64,000 nt of DNA from Bdellovibrionota bacterium. GTDB taxonomy: Bacteria; Bdellovibrionota_C; UBA2361; JBGSMV01. The notes beneath the pieces were generated by a model. The model did no database searches. It was given only the letters and a program-made list of their open reading frames with translations, and was not told the DNA's origin. Below, piece after piece: positions 57,656 through 64,000 of the stretch (the stretch's first letter is position 1; each line of letters opens with the position of its first letter). Both the position numbers and the translations under genes were made by a program. The stretch covers positions 224,001 to 288,000 of the forward strand of contig JBGSMV010000047.1 of NCBI GenBank assembly GCA_041739995.1, given 5' to 3'.

Positions 57656-59591
57656 TCACCTGATCAGCTTTAATTCTAAAGAAGCGCGGCGCCTTCTGTG
57701 CGTTCTGAGCAAGGAAGGCAAAAAGCTGCTCTCTCCAAATAGCCATGCCTGGTCGTGGTGTCGCAAGTAGGCTTTCCCTTCCGAAAAAGTAAGTCGCCTG
57801 TGCGACATCGATCTCAAGGCCGTGGGCTTTGCATAGGCTCAAGCATCTCGGAATGTCAGCTTGTTCCATATATCCATAGTGTACTTTCACACGATATATC
57901 TCTTTTCCAAGAGATTCGACTTCCACTCGGCGAATTGGAGAAACATAAGCGACCTCCTCGGTGATAACCAGCGCGATGACTACCAGCTCATGTACCACTT
58001 TGTTATGCCGGAGATTGTAAAGTAACGCCGGTGGCGTGAACTCGGACTGAGCACTCATATAGACAGCAACTCCAGGAACTCGAAGTGGGGTTAGTTCTGG
58101 AATCTCCTGAATAAAAACGTCGAAGGGTGGAAGTTTTTCTCTGAGGCGCGAGCCCAGGATTTGTCTGCCGCGTCGCCACGTGGTCATGAGCACGAATACG
58201 AACGTACCGACTCCAAGCGGCACCCATGCCCCTAAGAGCAACTTAAAGCTAGAAGCTCCTAGGAAAGCGAGGTCCATACAAACAAAAACTAAGGTGAGTA
58301 GTAGAGACACGCTTTTTGACCAGTGCCAGGCGCTCTGTGTGACTACAAACGTAAGGACAGTCGTGGTGAGCATCGTGAGAGCAATCGCCACTCCGAACGC
58401 CCCTGCAAGTGCGCCGGAAGAACCGAATTCGAAAATGAGCCATATGCTGCAAATCAGTAGTGCCCAGTTAATTCGGGCGACATAGATTTGCCCAATCTCA
58501 TCTCGCGATGTGTGGGTGATCTGCATACGAGGAAACAGGCCAAGCTTTATAGCCTGACTCGTAAGCGAAAAAGCTCCCCAAATGAGAGACTGCGCAGTGA
58601 TGATAGCGACGGCAGTTGCGAGGATGATCATGGGAATGAGTGCCCCGGGAGGGCATAGGTGAAAGAATGGGTTCGCTACGGCGTCGGGGTTAGTGAGAAG
58701 CAGAGCGCCTTGCCCAAAGTAGTTAAGAAGCAAACCTGGCAGGACGACAACGAGCCAGGCTATGCGAATTGGAGCGGGGCCAAAGTTGCCCATCTTTGCA
58801 TAGAGCGCCTCGCTTCCTGCAACGACAAGAAATACCGCGCCGAGAGCGAAGAACCCAAGTTTTCCATTTTCCTGAAAGAAACGGATGGCGTGACTTGGGT
58901 GAGTGGCGCCGAGTATTTCCGGATGCACCGAAATTGCTTGGGCTCCCAAGATGCCAATGGCGCAAAACCAAAGCAGTAAAATGGGGCCGAATAAGTACCC
59001 AAAGCGTCCGGTTCCTCGGCGTTGAACCACAAAGAGTATCGCCAGGATGGAGGCCGCCAGTGGAACAATGTAAGCGGTCTGATTCGGAGCGGCCACGGCA
59101 ATGCCTTCGAGGGCAGCGAGCACCGAGATGGCAGGAACAATAATACTATCACCGAACAGAAGCCCGGCACCGACGACTCCCAGCAAAACTAAAAAACGAC
59201 GAGATCCCGTGTGGATGAGGGAGTGGTGTGGCTGAGCGAGCGCCATCAAGGAGAGTATCCCGCCTTCGCCGTGATTGTGGGCGCGCGTCACATACAGAAG
59301 ATATTTGCCTGACACCACTAGGATGAGAGACCAAAAGATCAGGCTCAAAATCCCGTAAACGTTCGCCTGGTTCAGAGCAACGCCAAAGGGCCCAGAAAAG
59401 CATTCACGTAGCGCATAGAGAGGACTGGTGCCAAGGCTGCCGAAGACAATACCCAGAGCGACAAGTGTAAGGGCTGCGGTGAGCTCACGAGACCGGGCGG
59501 GTGCTACAAATGTTGAAGTCTGCGTGCGAGCATGCTCAGGTTCGTGTGAATGCTGAGAATCCGGCGGTTGATGATGGGGCGTATTAGACAT
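57627..59591 (-). CDS. kup: KUP/HAK/KT family transporter with non-canonical substrate-site residues
   Basis: GTSPLY, GEGG, PAISVL.A.EG, LNYFGQGA, GQIY, RVPGVAV and the C-terminal cytoplasmic domain. Confidence 0.92.
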   Translation of the reverse strand: MSNTPHHQPPDSQHSHEPEHARTQTSTFVAPARSRELTAALTLVALGIVFGSLGTSPLYALRECFSGPFGVALNQANVYGILSLIFWSLILVVSGKYLLYVTRAHNHGEGGILSLMALAQPHHSLIHTGSRRFLVLLGVVGAGLLFGDSIIVPAISVLAALEGIAVAAPNQTAYIVPLAASILAILFVVQRRGTGRFGYLFGPILLLWFCAIGILGAQAISVHPEILGATHPSHAIRFFQENGKLGFFALGAVFLVVAGSEALYAKMGNFGPAPIRIAWLVVVLPGLLLNYFGQGALLLTNPDAVANPFFHLCPPGALIPMIILATAVAIITAQSLIWGAFSLTSQAIKLGLFPRMQITHTSRDEIGQIYVARINWALLICSIWLIFEFGSSGALAGAFGVAIALTMLTTTVLTFVVTQSAWHWSKSVSLLLTLVFVCMDLAFLGASSFKLLLGAWVPLGVGTFVFVLMTTWRRGRQILGSRLREKLPPFDVFIQEIPELTPLRVPGVAVYMSAQSEFTPPALLYNLRHNKVVHELVVIALVITEEVAYVSPIRRVEVESLGKEIYRVKVHYGYMEQADIPRCLSLCKAHGLEIDVAQATYFFGRESLLATPRPGMAIWREQLFAFLAQNAQKAPRFFRIKADQVIEIGYEVEL

Positions 59592-59614
59592 TTAACTCTT
59601 TGAGGATGCGAAGC

Positions 59615-60757
59615 CTATTTAGCTTTTGGTTTCTTAATGCGACTTTTAGATTTCGGACGCTCGTTCGTAGTGCGCGCCTCACGATTAATGCTTAGCTCCT
59701 TAAGGTTGTCGCGTTGAGTATACACTCTCAATGGCGCCATGGAACGCGGAACTAGTCCCCTCTTGATGAGCCATCGAAGAATTCTCTCAGCCGCAATTCT
59801 ATGGGCGATTTCATTCGGGTGGCTATCTTTTCCTGGAATCAGCTGAAGTCTCGAGAAAGGAATGCCCTTGAAGCTTGAAAGTAAATCTAAGAAAGCGACA
59901 TTTCGGCTTCGTAACTGCTCAGAAAGGTCATCGTGGATCTCTTGAAAGGGGTAGGAGTCATCAAGCGGAAAATCAAACAGAGGAAATAGGACGACCACGA
60001 GCTTAGTACGGGGAGCGTTTTTGTTTGTGATCGAGATTATCTTCTCTAACGATGAGAGGAAGCGCGACCGTGCTTCACCTGTAGCAAATAGCTGACGGTG
60101 GTAGTCGATATAATTTCTAACAGTGGAAGAATTGTGGAGGCGGCTCAGCACCAAACGTACGAGAGCAGAGTTTCGCGAGAACCAATTGGCATTGAGATCT
60201 AACGGGAGTCTTCCGTATTTGCGCTGAACTTCCGGGGGTTCGAGATTGAGCGGTCGAAGTTGAGGATCATTTAGGGTGATTTGAAGCACCAGAAGGTCGG
60301 GCCTAGTGGCGAGGGCTCTCTGCGTGACGGCAATTTCTTGCTGAGTATTGAGGCCCGGTGCCCCCCAATTCATCACTTCAGCGCGGGTAAATTGTCCCGG
60401 TAGCGATCCGTCGTCCGTGCTAGGATTGAGCGAGCTAAAATTAAGATTGAGGAAGCGCTCAAGTCGCTTGCTGAAAGAATCATCAAATTGCATCTTCGGA
60501 GCGAACGAGAAGGAATCTCCCACCACTGCGATACGGAAGGTCGAAGTGGCCTTTTCAGCTGGGTAGACGAAATCTTGGGTGTTTGTTCCTGGAGTCGGTA
60601 GATAATAGCGTAGGGGGCGTTCTTTTTTTTGAGAGCGTTGCTGAGCCCGCTCTTCAAAATTGCTCGATGTGGCCCAACGAGCAGCAATCTCGCCTAAGGC
60701 GAGGGCAATCGTGAGCCCCACGAAAGCAAGCAGTATGGATTGAAAATGACGAACCAC
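59615..60757 (-). CDS. SGNH/GDSL hydrolase family protein
   Basis: N-terminal TM with GE..AR; VGDSFSF, NWGAPG, LND and DSHPN motifs; GTG 60757 chosen to avoid overlap with the phosphatase gene. Confidence 0.85.
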   Translation of the reverse strand: MVRHFQSILLAFVGLTIALALGEIAARWATSSNFEERAQQRSQKKERPLRYYLPTPGTNTQDFVYPAEKATSTFRIAVVGDSFSFAPKMQFDDSFSKRLERFLNLNFSSLNPSTDDGSLPGQFTRAEVMNWGAPGLNTQQEIAVTQRALATRPDLLVLQITLNDPQLRPLNLEPPEVQRKYGRLPLDLNANWFSRNSALVRLVLSRLHNSSTVRNYIDYHRQLFATGEARSRFLSSLEKIISITNKNAPRTKLVVVLFPLFDFPLDDSYPFQEIHDDLSEQLRSRNVAFLDLLSSFKGIPFSRLQLIPGKDSHPNEIAHRIAAERILRWLIKRGLVPRSMAPLRVYTQRDNLKELSINREARTTNERPKSKSRIKKPKAK

Positions 60758-60880
60758 AGGAGCCGCAGTAAACCATCCCTTGCGTGTCAACTGGAAGCCC
60801 CTATGGCCAGCAGAAAGATGAAAAAGTTCTCTCGGGGACAATCGAAGGCTGAATGTGTGGTGTTGGAGCCTAAGGTCTTC

Positions 60881-62470
60881 ATGTATCACGGGTGGACTGT
60901 GAACTTTAGGCAGACTTTCGCAGCCCTTCTACTTAGCCTGGTTTTGTTTCAGGCCTCACCAGGCTGGACAGAGCCTCCACGTAACGTAATCCTCATGATT
61001 GGAGATGGAATGGGCCCCCAGCAAGTCGGACTCATCACGCTCTATGCGCACATGCTCCGAGAGCGTGGGGATCCGGTTGCGCATGCGGGTGCCTTGGAGG
61101 CCTTGCTTGACCGAGGGACTATGGGGGTGATGCAGCCGAAGCCGCATGGTGCGCTGGTGACAGATTCGGCTTGCGCTTCTACCCAGATAGCCGCTGGCGT
61201 TGATTCGCTGCCAAACATGCTTGGGCTTGATGCTGAGGGGCAACCCATAGTGACTGTGATTGATGGGGCTAGAGCGCTCGGCAAGTCCCAAGGACTGGTA
61301 TCCGATACCCGAATTACCCATGCGACCCCAGCCGGTTTCTTCGCCAAGGCACTTCAACGAGACGACGAGAACGCGATTGCGGAACAAGCCGTTTCATCTG
61401 GTGTAGATGTGATGTTTTCTGGAGGGCTTCGCCACTTTATTCCAAAAAACGCTTCATCTGATTCTCTGAAGCAGTATGGATTGACTGACTCACAAGTACG
61501 GACGGTTAGGTCGACTCGTGAGGATGACAAGGATCTTTTGCGTGAGGCGCGTGCGCGTGGATATGAGGTGCTACTGAGCCCTGAACATCTGATCGAAACT
61601 TCTGGCGCTAAAGTTCTTGGTTTGTTTGCAAATTCAGCGATGGAGAGTGCCCTTAGCGGAAAGCAGAGAGCTAAAGGCTTTCAAGCGACAGAGCCGAATC
61701 TTCGCCAAATGTCGGTGCGAGCACTGGAGCTTCTCGATCAAAATCCTAAAGGTTTTTTTCTTATGATCGAGGGAGGGCAGATCGATTGGGCAGGGCACGC
61801 CAATGATGCAGGTTGGTTATTGCAAGAAATGCTGCGTTTCTCTGAAGCACTCGACGGGGTATTGAAGTGGATGGAGGGACGAACGGATACGCTTCTTATA
61901 GTGACCGCAGATCACGAAACTGGATCGTTCGGATTCTCTTTTCATGCTGAGGGTATACCTACGCCTAGGGCAGTATCAAAAAAGTCCAAGCTACTTTTTG
62001 CGCCGACATTTAATTTTGTGCCGGAATCTGTTCTGGACAATCTTGCCAAGCAGGATCGACGCCTTGAAGATATTTCCTGGGAAGCAAGCAGGAAAGACGG
62101 AGTAGATCTGGACAAGAAGCAAGCGCTTCAGGCTTTAGTGAAGAAACATTTGGGGTTTGAGATCTCGCTCGATGAGGCAGGCAAGGCGCTCTTAACAGAA
62201 GATAATCAATTCTACGTTCCCGGACACGGGAACCTAGGCGAGAAAGTAGTGCCTATGATCTCGGATTTTGATGCTTTCTATGCCCGACCGAGAGACAGAA
62301 GAAGTGCGGCGCTTGCTCGCTCGCTTGCGACCAAGTCGGGAGTAACTTGGGGCACGGGGGCTCACACCAGTACGCCGGTCTATGTGATAGCGCTTGGTCC
62401 GAGTGAAGAGAAGTTTAAGGGCGCGCACACGGCGCCAGAGCTGGGACGACTTCTTAAGGGCTTATTCTGA
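60881..62470 (+). CDS. Alkaline phosphatase (PhoA type)
   Basis: NVILMIGDGMG, VTDSA (catalytic Ser), THATPA, EGGQIDWAGH, VTADHETG, HT; signal peptide; start 60881 or 60899. Confidence 0.93.
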   Translation: MYHGWTVNFRQTFAALLLSLVLFQASPGWTEPPRNVILMIGDGMGPQQVGLITLYAHMLRERGDPVAHAGALEALLDRGTMGVMQPKPHGALVTDSACASTQIAAGVDSLPNMLGLDAEGQPIVTVIDGARALGKSQGLVSDTRITHATPAGFFAKALQRDDENAIAEQAVSSGVDVMFSGGLRHFIPKNASSDSLKQYGLTDSQVRTVRSTREDDKDLLREARARGYEVLLSPEHLIETSGAKVLGLFANSAMESALSGKQRAKGFQATEPNLRQMSVRALELLDQNPKGFFLMIEGGQIDWAGHANDAGWLLQEMLRFSEALDGVLKWMEGRTDTLLIVTADHETGSFGFSFHAEGIPTPRAVSKKSKLLFAPTFNFVPESVLDNLAKQDRRLEDISWEASRKDGVDLDKKQALQALVKKHLGFEISLDEAGKALLTEDNQFYVPGHGNLGEKVVPMISDFDAFYARPRDRRSAALARSLATKSGVTWGTGAHTSTPVYVIALGPSEEKFKGAHTAPELGRLLKGLF

Positions 62471-62476
62471 TAACGG

Positions 62477-62794
62477 CTAGCGTGTGCGGCGCGACTTGCG
62501 CGACCGCACCGCGCGTTTTTTTTGCGGCTTTGCAAATGCAGTAAGCGGATAGCCCTTAGGATGATCAAGTGAATCGATGTGCAGATCTACGTCCAGAGCG
62601 GGCCAACGAAGATGCCCGTCCTGAGGTGACTCAACATCAAGTACATCCTCCACGTCCGCTTCTTTGAACCAAGGAAATCGTTTATGATCAAGAAAATACT
62701 CCGCATTGCGAACGAGAACCCAAACACCGAACGACGAGATATTGGCAAACTCACACTCCGAAGAAATCTTTCCAAGCTTTTCGGAACTTCCCAC
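62477..62794 (-). CDS. DUF2442 family protein
   Basis: IS.FGVW.LV...EYFL....FPWF..A, HL.WP.LDVDL...S...P..YPL. Confidence 0.85.
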   Translation of the reverse strand: MGSSEKLGKISSECEFANISSFGVWVLVRNAEYFLDHKRFPWFKEADVEDVLDVESPQDGHLRWPALDVDLHIDSLDHPKGYPLTAFAKPQKKRAVRSRKSRRTR

Positions 62795-62980
62795 GCTGGC
62801 GCTCCACTATTGTCTGTATTCGTCTTAACCCAGGCCCTCTGAATTCGCCAAAGCTGCCACAGGTTCGAGCCAGAATTTCGCCTCTCCGTTTAATGATAGC
62901 ACATGAATGTGCGGTCGGCTTTCCTCTCTTGAGAACAAGAAAAAACGGCAGGGACCTTCATCGTATGCCGTTGGATTCAC
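62751..62980 (-). pseudogene. Frameshifted DUF4160 family gene
   Basis: GTG 62980 gives NPT...RFFLFSREESRPHIHV...GEAKFWLEP then TAA at 62827-62825; the -1 frame continues LRRIQTIVERQRGKFRKAWKDFFGV to TGA at 62753-62751. Confidence 0.8.
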
Positions 62981-63150
62981 AAGAGCGACGTCTCATTGCC
63001 GCCGAAGTTCGTCGAACCTCATAATGGCTTGGCTGGCCGGGAAAGCCGGCCTCTGCAGCTTGCTGCGCGTTGGTATCCCCGGACGACAAAAATTACACAG
63101 TCTCAATTGCTCACATCAGCTAATGAACCTGGCCGATCTCGCAAAGTTTT

Positions 63151-63810
63151 TCAAACCGAGAGGGAATTACCAAATCGTGCCCGGTAATCCTCAACGCTGG
63201 CGGAAATTACCGAGCGAGCCTCGTCAGCACCGTAGGTGGCGGTAAGTTCTACCTTCCGCTTGGAATCGCCTGGCATTTGCTTATATGAAAGAAAGTAATG
63301 CTGTAGTCGCTCAAGAAGATTTGGAGACATCGAGGTAACGTCAGTCCACGAGCCGTACACGGCATCTTGATGCAACACCGCAATGATTTTGTCGTCTGCT
63401 TCGTCTCGGTCGAGAATTCTTAAGCCCCCAATCGGAACTACGGTGACCAGTACCGGAGCATGCTGGATCGGTCTCTCAGAAAACACGCAAATATCAAGAG
63501 GGTCTTGGTCGCCGCGTATCCCTTTGCGATTTGTTTGAGTTTCACAAAGAGCCGCGACCCGGGAATCGCTCAATGTTTGGGGAAGAAAGCCGTAGAGGGT
63601 AGGGCACTGACTTGAAAGCTTGTTGGGTCGGTCGACTCGCAGTAGCCCGCTCTCCTTGTCGATCTCATACTTCATTACGTCAGTGGGAACGATTTCGATA
63701 AACGCGGTTACGAGATGGGGTGCATCCGGACCCACAGAAACTCCGTGCCATGGGTGGGCAGTGGCGAGACGGGCTACGTCTTCTGATGGTGATCCTGTGG
63801 GGGATTTCAT
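63151..63810 (-). CDS. ppa: Inorganic pyrophosphatase (family I)
   Basis: HPWHG, EI, KYEIDK, YGFLPQT, GDQDPLDI, DEADDKIIAV; SD AGGAG before ATG 63810. Confidence 0.95.
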   Translation of the reverse strand: MKSPTGSPSEDVARLATAHPWHGVSVGPDAPHLVTAFIEIVPTDVMKYEIDKESGLLRVDRPNKLSSQCPTLYGFLPQTLSDSRVAALCETQTNRKGIRGDQDPLDICVFSERPIQHAPVLVTVVPIGGLRILDRDEADDKIIAVLHQDAVYGSWTDVTSMSPNLLERLQHYFLSYKQMPGDSKRKVELTATYGADEARSVISASVEDYRARFGNSLSV

Positions 63811-64000
63811 GTGCAACTCCTTCCTGTCAAATTCTACTAAGGGTCATTTCTCTGATTTCGTAGTGCGCTCACTGGTGACGCGCATCAGCGGGGCCGATGA
63901 CAATACTAAGAGAGGCTTGGTTGCTCAACTTAGCCTCTAACTTGTCACCGGACTCTACGGGTCCCACGCCTTTAGGGGTCCCGGTAAAAATACAATCGCC

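Noticed and set aside
60740..60889. Head-to-head overlap of the SGNH hydrolase and alkaline phosphatase genes
   Set aside because: This is an artefact of longest-ORF calling; downstream starts precede each hydrophobic N-terminus and remove the overlap.

Overview
Gene-dense 64 kb chromosomal segment of a Gram-negative bacterium, judged from the LPS heptose epimerase, outer-membrane efflux lipoprotein and haem/cytochrome c genes. A deltaproteobacteria/Bdellovibrionota-like lineage is my impression only. Most genes are housekeeping: ruvX-mltG, nadD-prs, pepA-gyrA-gpsA, thrS, ribH, cyoE, ygfZ-ccmH, lepB, rpmH-rnpA-yidD-yidC-mnmE (no dnaA or jag), hldD, crcB, alkaline phosphatase and ppa. There is also a MoxR-DUF58-BatA/VWA cluster, a tripartite ABC efflux operon and several orphan ORFs. 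I found no rRNA, tRNA, CRISPR array, transposase or prophage. The less ordinary signals are: (1) at least three families of small non-autonomous inverted-repeat elements bounded by CTAG/TTAG, often at stop codons, including a chain of CTAG-delimited hairpin cassettes at 35.9-36.2 kb and a 40-bp hairpin with compensatory substitutions; (2) an intact Kup/KUP-family transporter whose conserved K+-site residues are systematically replaced; (3) a CtaA/COX15 homologue whose N-terminal catalytic half has lost its conserved residues; (4) an exported Ig-repeat DUF1800 plus Tat-DUF1501 pair with a perfect sigma54 promoter, nested in the MoxR cluster; (5) a degenerate REC/HD-GYP protein behind a sigma28-like promoter; (6) a frameshifted DUF4160 upstream of an intact DUF2442; (7) gpsA in frame with gyrA and apparently starting at CTG. 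All family assignments come from motif recognition by eye, not database searches.
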